Part shown: positions 7,880-17,716 of the stretch, one piece after another
Layout of the letters: the number at the start of each line of letters is the position of its first letter
Position numbering within the stretch: position 1 is the first letter of the stretch
Source of the DNA: Anaerolineae bacterium
GTDB lineage: Bacteria; Chloroflexota; Anaerolineae; JAAYZQ01
Direction of reading: 5' to 3'
Assembly: GCA_035341665.1 (NCBI GenBank)
Contig: DAOQVR010000002.1
Location: 117,626-181,625, forward strand
Length of the DNA stretch: 64,000 bases
Notes under the pieces: generated by a model
The model's database searches: none
Told to the model about the DNA's origin: nothing
Seen by the model: only the letters and a program-made list of their open reading frames with translations
Made by a program: the position numbers and the translations under genes

Positions 7880-9916
7880 CTACGGTACCGTCAGTTCCTC
7901 GCTCGTCTCCTGGTTCATGGCAGGATCGTACTCGTAGCCGGCCGCCTGGACATCCAGGATCGTGATCGTAAAGAGCCCGGTCAACTTGGACGCGCGCGCG
8001 AAGGCGGCGGCCCCATTCAGCCCCGTCACGCGCGTCTGCGTGATGGTCCGTCCGTCGGGCAACGTCCACTGCGCGGTCACGTTCGCGCCCACGACGCGGT
8101 TGCCCGCCTCATCCCACACCGGCACCTTGGCCTGGACCATGTACGTGTTGGGCACCGTCACCTTGTACTTCATGGCAATGTTCCCAATGAACGCCTTGGT
8201 CAGGCCGCAGTCGGGGAAGACAAACGAGCCGATGCGCGTCTGCCAGTTGGCATACCCGTTGGTCACGATGTACTCCTGGGTGTACCAGAAGGTGCAGCTG
8301 TCCGTGGGGTCTACCTGCATCGCGCTATAGTCCCCCCAGCGGCCGTACGAGCTGGACTGGTAGCCCGCGCCCGTGATCAGCGTCGTCTCAGACTGGGGCA
8401 GCGTCCCGAGCGGGTCTGCCGCGAGCCGGCCCACGTACCGGATCGTGGGATATAGGCTGCCGCTCGACACGCTAAAGCCAAGCGACATGTTGCCGGCCTG
8501 GTCCTGGGCAATACTGCCCATCCAGCGGCTCGACCCGTCGTTCGGACCATACGTGCCCTGCTGGTAGATCGACCACCCACCGCCCGAGTTGCGCAGCTCG
8601 TACCAGTGGATGCCTGCCAGGTTGTTGCCGATGCTCACCGTGTGGTTCGTGACCATCGACTGGTAGCTGCCAAAGTTGCGGTACTGAAGCCGGTGCATCA
8701 GCCGGTCCGCGATCTCGTCCAGGTTCTGGGTCGTCCCCGGCTGGTCGATGCAAAAGTTCTGGCCGCAGATGGTGGGATTGACGTCTGCCGTGCCGATCAC
8801 ATAGTTCGGCTCCAGCCCGGCGCCAAAGCTCGAGTTCCCGGGCGTCACCCAATCGGCGTGAAAGTTCCAGATGCGCAGTGCATCGGTCGGCCCGATCCAG
8901 GTCGAATCATCCCACTCCATGAAGGGGCAGGGCGCGCCGGTCGGCGGCTGGGACGTACCCTCCCAGTCGGCCGGCTGCATGCCGCCATAGTTGGCATTGT
9001 GCGTGTAGAGGTCATAGTAGATCGTCTGCGCCGACTGGCCCAGCAGCATCTTGTCCCGCTCAAATGCGGCCGCACCCTGGCCGCGCCACGACCCCGAAGA
9101 GCTGAACTGGTTGACGGCAACGTAGTAGCCGTCGGGCCACAGCGTGACCTTCGGATAGTCCGGCATGTAGTTGTTGGGCCACGCGTAGGCGTAGCGGTGC
9201 CAGGCACCTGTCGGGTCGGCCGTCTGCGACACGGCGATGCAGAGGTAGTCCGGGGTCGTGGTGAGGCCGAACTGCAGCATCACCCAGCGGTCGGCCAGGT
9301 GATCGTACAGCACGACGGGGTCGCCACTGTTGGACGTCTCACAGCTTCCGCCGAATCCGGTCCAGAGGGTGTTGCCGTTGGCCGGCCCGTAGAGCGACGT
9401 GCCATTCTTGTCCCACACCTGGAAGGAGAGGTTGACCCACTGCACATAGTGGTTGGGACCGACGTCGCCGTTGGTATCGGGCGGGTGCACCCCATTCCGG
9501 TTGTTGACCCCTTCCCAGTTCATAATCGGGGAGGGCATGGCGCTCTCTCCCTGCCAATCCTGAAGGGTCGCATCGGCGCCGGTGGCGCCCCGGTCGTGGC
9601 CCGGCAGCGGCCCCTCGTGGAAGCGGACTAGCTCTTCATCTGCCGGCGGCGTCACGATCGGCGCGATGTCACGCAGCGGCGGCGAGACGTCGAACTTCTC
9701 CGGCTGGATCACCAGCGGCCCTGCACCGGCCTGCGCCGGCTCCGGCGCGGCCGGCTCGTTCCCTGCCGAGCCCACCGGTGCGCTCATCGCGTACGACACC
9801 ATGCCGGCCTCGGCCGAGTTGGCCTCATTGGGCGCCACGACCCACACCACGGCCGTCAAGGCCAGCAGGATCGCCAAGGCGCCGCCCGCCACTTTGAACC
9901 ATCTTGTCTTGTGCAT
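7880..9916 (-). CDS. Secreted protein of unknown function with C-terminal Ig/carboxypeptidase-regulatory-like domain
   Basis: N-terminal anchor/signal MHKTRWFKVAGGALAILLALTAVVWVVAP. The large central region has no motif I can assign firmly (WGDYSAM-type motif is reminiscent of sialidase-like propellers). Confidence 0.6.
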   Translation of the reverse strand: MHKTRWFKVAGGALAILLALTAVVWVVAPNEANSAEAGMVSYAMSAPVGSAGNEPAAPEPAQAGAGPLVIQPEKFDVSPPLRDIAPIVTPPADEELVRFHEGPLPGHDRGATGADATLQDWQGESAMPSPIMNWEGVNNRNGVHPPDTNGDVGPNHYVQWVNLSFQVWDKNGTSLYGPANGNTLWTGFGGSCETSNSGDPVVLYDHLADRWVMLQFGLTTTPDYLCIAVSQTADPTGAWHRYAYAWPNNYMPDYPKVTLWPDGYYVAVNQFSSSGSWRGQGAAAFERDKMLLGQSAQTIYYDLYTHNANYGGMQPADWEGTSQPPTGAPCPFMEWDDSTWIGPTDALRIWNFHADWVTPGNSSFGAGLEPNYVIGTADVNPTICGQNFCIDQPGTTQNLDEIADRLMHRLQYRNFGSYQSMVTNHTVSIGNNLAGIHWYELRNSGGGWSIYQQGTYGPNDGSSRWMGSIAQDQAGNMSLGFSVSSGSLYPTIRYVGRLAADPLGTLPQSETTLITGAGYQSSSYGRWGDYSAMQVDPTDSCTFWYTQEYIVTNGYANWQTRIGSFVFPDCGLTKAFIGNIAMKYKVTVPNTYMVQAKVPVWDEAGNRVVGANVTAQWTLPDGRTITQTRVTGLNGAAAFARASKLTGLFTITILDVQAAGYEYDPAMNQETSEELTVP

Positions 9917-10331
9917 ACACCCCCCTTGGAATCAGATTTCGGCTCCCCGAGTCACGAATTCGCATCGTACCACCACCCGCAGCAGCCGGCAAATGCCGGG
10001 GCGGCTGCTTCCATCGGCCGGCGCCACCCTCCGGCCCCCGTAGCCTAGCCCTTCGCGGGCGCGTGGGCAGGCCCGCCTGTCAGCTCTCCCGTGGGCGTGC
10101 CGGCGGCAGCTCTGCGCAAGGGAGCCATGGCCCGATTTGCCGTCCAGGGGCTTTCGTAGTACACTTCTGCGCCAGGAAGGGATGGATCAGGACGATGTGT
10201 TGGGACGTGCCGCAGTTAGCCCGCTCTGTCGCGCCGCTGCGCCCCCACGCCCACCATCCCCATAGGCACGTGAGCCACGCGCCGGGGGCCGTTGCCTGAC
10301 CCATCACGAGGTCGGCCCGACGACCAAGCCA

Positions 10332-10366
10332 GGGCGTGGCTCCACCGAGAGCCACGCCCTTTTGTT
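10332..10366 (+). terminator. Terminator-like hairpin inside the hisS 5' leader (possible attenuator)
   Basis: GGGCGTGGCTC-caccga-GAGCCACGCCC (11 bp) followed by TTTTGTT, about 40 nt before the hisS start. No upstream same-strand gene to terminate. Confidence 0.5.
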
Positions 10367-10404
10367 GGCTTGTCCAACGAAACCATGCCATGGAGGAGAG
10401 GACC

Positions 10405-11748
10405 ATGCAGGACACCAAGGCCAAGAGGGTAGAGCCCCGCCTGCCGCGGGGCATGCGGGACATCCTTCCGCAGAAGATGATCCAGCGCGAATACGTGATC
10501 GCCACCATCCGGCGCGCATTCGAAGAGTTCGGGTTCGAGCCGCTCCAGACGCCCGCCCTCGAGCTGCGCGAGACGCTCATGGGCAAGTACGGCCCCGACG
10601 CCGAAAAGCTGATCTACGAGGCGGGTCATGTCGGAGGCAAGGAGCAGCTGGCGCTGCGCTATGACCTCTCGGTCCCGCTGGCCCGCGTGGTCGCCCAATA
10701 CCCGGACCTCGTCAAGCCGCTCAAGCGCTACCAGATCGCTCCTGTCTGGCGTGCCGAGCGCCCACAAAAAGGCCGCTACCGCGAGTTCTACCAGTGCGAC
10801 GCCGACTGCGTCGGCCCGGCTTCGATGCTGGCCGATGCCGAGATCCTGAGCCTCACCTACGAGGTCCTGTCCCGCCTCGGCTTCCGCCAGTTCACCATCC
10901 TCCTGAACGACCGCAAGCTGCTCAACGGCATCGGCCGCTACGCCGGCGTCGACGACGAGCAGCGGGCCGGGCTCTACCGATCGATCGACAAGCTGGACAA
11001 GGTCGGCCTGCCGGGCGTCGAGGAGGAGCTGCGCAAGAACGCGATCCCCGACGGTGCGATCCAGCGCATGTTGGAGCTGCTCCAGGTGCAGGGCGACAAC
11101 CGGGCCATCCTCGCGCGCCTGCGCGTCGTGCTCGCCGGCTCTCCCGATGCCCTGGAAGGGCTGTCCGAGCTCGAAGAGATCGTCGGCTACCTGGAGGCCC
11201 TCGGCATCCCCGAGCGCTTTGCCCGCGTCTCGCCGGCCATGGTGCGCGGGCTGGAGTACTACACCGGCCCCGTCTTTGAGACGGTCGTGGAAGAGCCCAA
11301 GATCGGCAGCATCACCGGGGGCGGGCGCTACGACAAGATGATCGGCATGTTCACCGGTCGCAGCCTGCCCGCCACCGGCACGACCATCGGGATCGAGCGC
11401 ATCATCGACGTGATGGAAGAGCTGGGCATGTTCCCACCCGGCGTGGGCAAGACGGTGACCCAGGTCTTGGTCACGCGCTTCAACCCGGACCTTGTGGTCG
11501 ACTCGCTCAAGGCAGCCGCCGCGCTGCGCGCAGCAGGGCTCAACGCCGAGCTCTACTTCGAGGACGAGTCCCTGGCCCGGCAGGTGCGCTACGCCGACCG
11601 CAGGGGCATTCCCTACGTGGCCATCCTCGGGCCCGACGAGGTCGCTGCCGGCCGCATCACCCTGCGCGACCTTGCCGGAGGGCGCCAGGTGACCGTCGCC
11701 CGCGACGCCGCCCCCGCGCAGCTAGAAACCTGGCGCCACGAAGCCTAG
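10405..11748 (+). CDS. hisS: Histidine--tRNA ligase
   Basis: RLPRGMRDILP, YQIAPVWRAERPQKGRYREFYQCDAD and GGGRYD class II HisRS motifs. GGAGGAGAGG RBS before the ATG at 10405. Confidence 0.93.
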   Translation: MQDTKAKRVEPRLPRGMRDILPQKMIQREYVIATIRRAFEEFGFEPLQTPALELRETLMGKYGPDAEKLIYEAGHVGGKEQLALRYDLSVPLARVVAQYPDLVKPLKRYQIAPVWRAERPQKGRYREFYQCDADCVGPASMLADAEILSLTYEVLSRLGFRQFTILLNDRKLLNGIGRYAGVDDEQRAGLYRSIDKLDKVGLPGVEEELRKNAIPDGAIQRMLELLQVQGDNRAILARLRVVLAGSPDALEGLSELEEIVGYLEALGIPERFARVSPAMVRGLEYYTGPVFETVVEEPKIGSITGGGRYDKMIGMFTGRSLPATGTTIGIERIIDVMEELGMFPPGVGKTVTQVLVTRFNPDLVVDSLKAAAALRAAGLNAELYFEDESLARQVRYADRRGIPYVAILGPDEVAAGRITLRDLAGGRQVTVARDAAPAQLETWRHEA

Positions 11749-11766
11749 CCCAGGCCTAGAAAAAGA

Positions 11767-11815
11767 CGGGGCTGTCCGATTTGAGCCGTCGGCCACTTGA
11801 ACCCCAGTTCAGTGC
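11767..11815 (-). repeat. Decayed copy of the 3' two-thirds of tRNA-Pro (att-like direct repeat)
   Basis: 41/49 identical to 13831-13879 (inside tRNA-Pro), same orientation. The substitutions break the T and anticodon stems, so it is not a functional tRNA. Confidence 0.6.
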
Positions 11816-11832
11816 CCAAACTGGCCGCCTTG

Positions 11833-11869
11833 GTTCACTTGACGATGGCTTCTTCGTCGTCAAGTGAAC
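11833..11869. repeat. Perfect 13-bp inverted repeat GTTCACTTGACGA / TCGTCAAGTGAAC
   Basis: Read directly. A further TCAAGTGAAC copy lies at 11884-11893. Shares the CACTTGA core with the tRNA-Pro anticodon arm and with hairpin 13788-13824. Confidence 0.6.
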
Positions 11870-11967
11870 TCCGGTACCTGCAATCAAGTGAACTGAGGCT
11901 CGTCCCGACTAGCCTCTCTGAACGCTGCTTAGTAAGATCCCATACACCCGCCAACTGGACTGAATGG

Positions 11968-12779
11968 TCACCGCCCAGCATAGGTTTCCAGGCAAGGTGC
12001 ATGCTCCTCGCAGCCATCCCAGCCACACGCAGGCGGGCGAAAGAACACGCTGTCCGGACGATCCTCCCCAGCGTCAGGTGCAGCCAGCACGTGATGCCGC
12101 AGTTGCCCGGTGACCCTGCTCATCACGTCGTCGGCCAGACGCTGAAAGGCGGCCTTTGCGACAGCCGGTTCCCACTCGACCAGCATCTTGGCCGGCCAGC
12201 GATCGGCCTCGTCCGGCAAGTCGGCGGCGCGACTGAGTGCCATGGCAAACCAGTACAGGTCGAAGCCGGGGTATATCTGAGCGGCCTGTGCGAGCAGGGA
12301 GTCCAGGCGCTCGGAATGCGGAGGGAAGAAGAGATCGATCGCGGCTCTCGGCTCAGCGCGCCCGCAGTACGCCAGCAGCCTGTCGACGCTGACGTCTTGC
12401 CAGTCGCTTCTTCATGCCCCATACGGAGACAGTGCGAGGGCCTCAAAGCACTAGGGCGAATCCAGGGCGAGATCGACGCGCACGGCGCCAGTCTCGGAAG
12501 ACACCGTGAGCTCCACAAAGCTCGAAAAGCGGCACACCACCTGGACGTGCAGCCAGCCGGCCCGGCAGGCGCGCTCAAGCCCGTAGGAGAAGGGAAGGAT
12601 CAGGCCTGCCTCGGCGGTGAAGAGGTCCAGGTCGAACGAGAGGGGTGGCCCAGGTAGAACTAGGCCGGGGCCGTGCCGCCCGCGAGACAGGACCGCCCCT
12701 GGTCCGGCAGTGCACCAAACAGACTCAGGAGCGCTTGCTGCATGGGAGTGAGGGGTCCCTTACCCTGGAGCATTTCCAT
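11968..12779 (-). pseudogene. Disrupted AbiEii/AbiGii-type nucleotidyltransferase (type IV TA toxin-like)
   Basis: Minus-strand fragments in different frames: MEMLQGKGPLTPMQQALLSLFGALPDQGRSCLAGGTAPA(stop), then ..PPLSFDLDLFTAEAGLILPFSYG..(stop), then ..DRLLAYCGRAEPRAAIDLFF..MALSRAADLPDEADRWPAKML. The GGTA and DLDLF motifs are characteristic. At least two frame breaks. Confidence 0.55.
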
Positions 12780-13046
12780 GCTTTTCCAGGAACCGCTTCC
12801 ACAGGCGGTGCAGGTCTGCCGGGTGTCTCAGCTCGTCTAGCATCTGGCAGCCTCCTGCAGGTCCAGTTGCCGAACATCCTCGGAGCGTCCATGCAAGAGC
12901 ACCTGGCACATGAGCCACCTACGCTGGAAAAGGTCGGAGTGGTCGACGCTGTCCGTGCTCCAGACCAGAAGTCGCGGGGGCGTTGTGCGCCCGCAAGTTC
13001 CGTACAGCTCGACTCCTTGCCCATATGTGCACAACAGGATGGCTGG

Positions 13047-13322
13047 TCACGCCGTGGCCAACTCGACAGCCTCTGACGCTGCCACCGGCCGGCTTTCGAG
13101 GTACAGAGTGTCATAGCTCAGATCCACACCACCTGGCCACTCGACCGAACCGGCCATCACCCGAGCTGCACAGAAGGTCGCGGGGTTCTGCAGGCGGGCA
13201 AAAACCCCGCGGTGCAGGTAAGGCTTGACGTCGAATACACGACGCTCACCATTCTCAAACAAAAGCTCCAGTCGGTAGCCATCCAGAGGCTGGACCTGCT
13301 TGACATACGGATTCATGACCAC
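13047..13322 (-). CDS. DUF2442 domain protein
   Basis: MNPYVKQVQPLDGYRLELLFENGERRVFDVKPYL.. matches the DUF2442 pattern. Sits 3 nt downstream of its usual DUF4160 partner. Confidence 0.75.
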   Translation of the reverse strand: MVMNPYVKQVQPLDGYRLELLFENGERRVFDVKPYLHRGVFARLQNPATFCAARVMAGSVEWPGGVDLSYDTLYLESRPVAASEAVELATA

Positions 13323-13325
13323 CTC

Positions 13326-13595
13326 CTACCTCAAGGGCTCGATCCGGAACACTTCTTCACCGTTCACAGCCAACTGCCAGTCGGCCAGCAACTCCTCGCG
13401 ATGGATCTCGATCCAGGCTTGCACGAGTCGGGCCTTTCCGGATGGCAGTGTCCCGGCAAGCTCTTGACCGTCATCGATGCTGAACACAGCCCTCCTCCCG
13501 GCATATTCTGCGTGCACGTGAGGCATCTGATGCTGCCTGTCGTCAAAGAAATACATCCGGACTATGATGCCGTAGAACATCGATAGGATCGGCAT
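13326..13595 (-). CDS. DUF4160 domain protein
   Basis: MPILSMFYGIIVRMYFFDDRQHQMPHVHAEY.. is the canonical DUF4160 N-terminus. Confidence 0.8.
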   Translation of the reverse strand: MPILSMFYGIIVRMYFFDDRQHQMPHVHAEYAGRRAVFSIDDGQELAGTLPSGKARLVQAWIEIHREELLADWQLAVNGEEVFRIEPLR

Positions 13596-13648
13596 GATCG
13601 ATTCCCTCCCAAAAGGGACACAGGCCCTGCTGCCGCCCCGCCGAGATC

Positions 13649-13677
13649 ACTATACAGTAAGGTCGCGGCTGTGTCAA
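13649..13677 (-). promoter_or_regulatory. sigma70-type promoter for the DUF4160-DUF2442 pair
   Basis: Minus strand: TTGACA, 17 nt, TATAGT. Confidence 0.5.
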
Positions 13678-13787
13678 GCAGTCCGTTGCCGCGCCGGACC
13701 GCACAGCAAGGCAGCCGTTCGTGTGTTCACGGCGTGGAGGGTCGGGTGCACTCCAGTTGATTGCGGATTCGCGGTCTGACAACCAGA

Positions 13788-13824
13788 GGTCACTTGAAGG
13801 CGCCCCCTGCGCTGTCAAGTGACC
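13788..13824 (-). terminator. Hairpin immediately 3' of tRNA-Pro (probable terminator)
   Basis: GGTCACTTGA-17 nt-TCAAGTGACC perfect 10-bp stem, followed on the minus strand by TCTGGTTGT. Confidence 0.4.
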
Positions 13825-13829
13825 TCCAG

Positions 13830-13903
13830 TCGGGGCGGTCCGATTTGAACGGACGGCCACTTGAACCCCATTCAAGTGCGCTACCGGACTGCGCTACGCC
13901 CCG
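13830..13903 (-). tRNA. tRNA-Pro (anticodon GGG)
   Basis: Minus strand CGGGGCGTAGCGCAGTCCGGTAGCGCACTTGAATGGGGTTCAAGTGGCCGTCCGTTCAAATCGGACCGCCCCGA. All four stems pair. Anticodon loop ATGGGGT. Confidence 0.9.
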
Positions 13904-13913
13904 AAGTGCAAAT

Positions 13914-13942
13914 AGTATACCCCAGTGCCCTCCGATGGTCAA
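13914..13942 (-). promoter_or_regulatory. sigma70-type promoter for tRNA-Pro
   Basis: Minus strand: TTGACC, 17 nt, TATACT, 10 nt upstream of the tRNA 5' end. Confidence 0.55.
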
Positions 13943-14056
13943 ATGCCGGTCCTGATCAGGCGGCGCAGGCCCGTCCCCGTCGATTTGGGCCCCCGGTGCA
14001 CCCTGTGGTAGAATCGGGCAGCCGCTGAGCGGTCCACCTACATCGCGGAGGAGTGC

Positions 14057-15028
14057 ATGAACCGAGCCCATGGCAGGCGCACCGCCATCGCCCTGACCCT
14101 GCTGGTCACCTTGCTCCTGGCTGGCGCCTGTGCCCAGGAGCACCCCGAGCCGCCGACCGGCGACGCCGCACGCGGGCAGGACCTCTGGGTGCGATCCGCG
14201 TGCGCCTCCTGCCACGGAGCCGCCGCCGAGGGCGCCGCGGGCGGCCCTGCCCTGGTCGATACACCACTCTCGTTGCGCGACGTAACAGGGTTGGTGCGCC
14301 GGGGAACGGTGAACATGCCCCCCTTCTCCCCGGAACAGCTGAGCGACCAGGACCTACAGGACATCTACGCTTGGTGGCACAACCCACTTGCCTTCCCCGA
14401 GTCCACCGGTACGGGCGTGTGCACAGACGCGTGCGGGGCGCCGGCAACCGACCCGGGCGGAGGCTTTGGTCCGGCCCCAACGTCCGCCGCCTCCCAGGAC
14501 CCCTGGCCCCAGTCACCCTGCGCCGGCTGCCACGGCACGAATGCCCAGGGCGGGGCCGGGCCGGCGCTCGCCGGCAGGTCCCTGAGCCTGGCCGACTTCC
14601 AGTCGGCCGTCCGCCAGGGCCCGGGCAGCATGCCCGCCTACTCGACGGCGGAGCTGTCCGACCAGGCGCTTCAGGCGCTCTTCGACTCGCTGCAGGCGCC
14701 GGCGGTGCCCGTCGCTCCCCCGGCAGACCTGCCCGCCACGGCGACGCCTGAAGTGCCCGCCGCTCCCCCGGCAGACCTGCCCGCCACGGCGACGCCGGCC
14801 GTGCAGCAGCACCTCTGGCTCCAGGCCGGCTGCGCGGCTTGCCACGGACAGCAGGCGGAGGGCGGTTCCGGCCCCAGGCTGGCAGGCGAGGATTGGGAAT
14901 ACGACAAGTACGTGCGCAAGGTGCGCGAAGGCGACGACGGCATGCCTGCCTTCAGCTCGGACCGGCTCAGCGATGCGGATATGCGGGCCATCTACGACTG
15001 GCTGTTGGCCGGCGCTCCGGTGCCCTAG
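14057..15028 (+). CDS. Lipoprotein-type c-type cytochrome with three haem-binding domains
   Basis: GGAGGAG RBS. Signal with lipobox LLLAGAC. Three CxxCH motifs (CASCH, CAGCH, CAACH), each followed by a ..MP.. Met ligand region. Duplicated APPADLPATATP linker. Confidence 0.85.
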   Translation: MNRAHGRRTAIALTLLVTLLLAGACAQEHPEPPTGDAARGQDLWVRSACASCHGAAAEGAAGGPALVDTPLSLRDVTGLVRRGTVNMPPFSPEQLSDQDLQDIYAWWHNPLAFPESTGTGVCTDACGAPATDPGGGFGPAPTSAASQDPWPQSPCAGCHGTNAQGGAGPALAGRSLSLADFQSAVRQGPGSMPAYSTAELSDQALQALFDSLQAPAVPVAPPADLPATATPEVPAAPPADLPATATPAVQQHLWLQAGCAACHGQQAEGGSGPRLAGEDWEYDKYVRKVREGDDGMPAFSSDRLSDADMRAIYDWLLAGAPVP

Positions 15029-15131
15029 CCGCCGCCGGTTCCTCCCGGGGTGAGGGCCTCTTCCTGCCTCTCCCCGATGGGCACCAGGGCCGCGAAGAAG
15101 GCATGCTGCACCAAAACAAGGAGGATGGCGT

Positions 15132-15515
15132 ATGGCAGTGATCTCCCACATCTTTAGGGACGTGACCTACCGGGGGCGGGAGGGACAGATCGCCTTCATG
15201 CTGCACCGGGTGACCGGCGCCGGGGTCTTTCTCTTCCTCACCCTGCACATCGTCAACACCTTCCTGATGGTCTTTCCGGCCCACGTCTTCAACTCGGTCC
15301 TGGTCTTTTACCACGCCTTTGTCTTCAAGCTCGTCATCATCTTTGGGCTCTACCTGGGACTCCTCTACCACGCCCTCAACGGCATCCGCATCGTGATCGT
15401 CGACTTTGTCCCAGGCGCGGCGCGCTACCAGGCGCCGCTGTGGCGCATCCAGGTGGTGATCTTCCTGGCCGTCTACGTGCCTACCGCCGCGATTCTGCTG
15501 GCACGGATGCTGTGA
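15132..15515 (+). CDS. sdhC: Succinate dehydrogenase cytochrome b subunit
   Basis: Three-TM protein with HRVTGAGVFLFLTLH motif, first gene of the sdhCDAB order. Confidence 0.85.
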   Translation: MAVISHIFRDVTYRGREGQIAFMLHRVTGAGVFLFLTLHIVNTFLMVFPAHVFNSVLVFYHAFVFKLVIIFGLYLGLLYHALNGIRIVIVDFVPGAARYQAPLWRIQVVIFLAVYVPTAAILLARML

Positions 15516-15526
15516 GGGAGGGGACC

Positions 15527-15901
15527 ATGCAGACCAGGCCCTATGCACGCTCGCGCCCGGCCGGCAGCTTTGAGCTCTATGCCTGGCTCTTCACCCGCAT
15601 CTCGGCCGTCATCCTCGCCGGGATGGCCGTGTTCCACCTTCTCTATATGCACCTCGGAATGGGCGTGGAGGCGGTCAGCTGGCAGCTCGTCGCCTGGCGC
15701 TGGCAGAATCCCGTGTGGAGAGTCTTTGACCTCTTCCTGCTCACCTTCGGCTGGCTTCACGGCGCCAACGGCATGCGCATCGTGATCGAGGATTATGTCC
15801 GGCCCAAGGGCTGGCGCCTGGCGGCCAAGGTCGGGCTGCTCCTGCTCACCTTCACGCTCATCGTTCTGGGCGCGTACGTCATTTTCACGTTCAAGGCATA
15901 G
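15527..15901 (+). CDS. sdhD: Succinate dehydrogenase membrane anchor subunit
   Basis: Internal Met after a GGGAGGGG RBS. Three TM helices. Position between sdhC and sdhA. Confidence 0.75.
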   Translation: MQTRPYARSRPAGSFELYAWLFTRISAVILAGMAVFHLLYMHLGMGVEAVSWQLVAWRWQNPVWRVFDLFLLTFGWLHGANGMRIVIEDYVRPKGWRLAAKVGLLLLTFTLIVLGAYVIFTFKA

Positions 15902-15952
15902 GGAGTATCTCTTCCCCCTCTCCCACCGGGAGAGGGGCAGGGGTGAGGGACC

Positions 15953-17677
<1,725 letters not shown>

Positions 17678-17716
17678 GACTGACCAATCAGGTCTATGCG
17701 CCCATGAGGCAGAACC

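Noticed and set aside
10100-10366. Canonical T-box riboswitch upstream of hisS
   Set aside because: Only a weak match to the T-box sequence. The UGGN that would read the tRNA 3' end is UGGC, which does not complement the C73 discriminator of the tRNA-His seen in this window. No clear specifier-loop context. Kept only as a generic attenuator candidate.
11767-11815. A second, functional tRNA-Pro or tRNA-like gene
   Set aside because: Only the 3' two-thirds is present, and substitutions destroy T-stem and anticodon-stem pairing. Interpreted as an att-type remnant.
11797-12657. 286-aa plus-strand ORF in the tRNA-Pro islet
   Set aside because: No recognisable motifs. It lies antisense to clear (though frameshifted) AbiEii-like nucleotidyltransferase fragments, so it is more likely an artefact.
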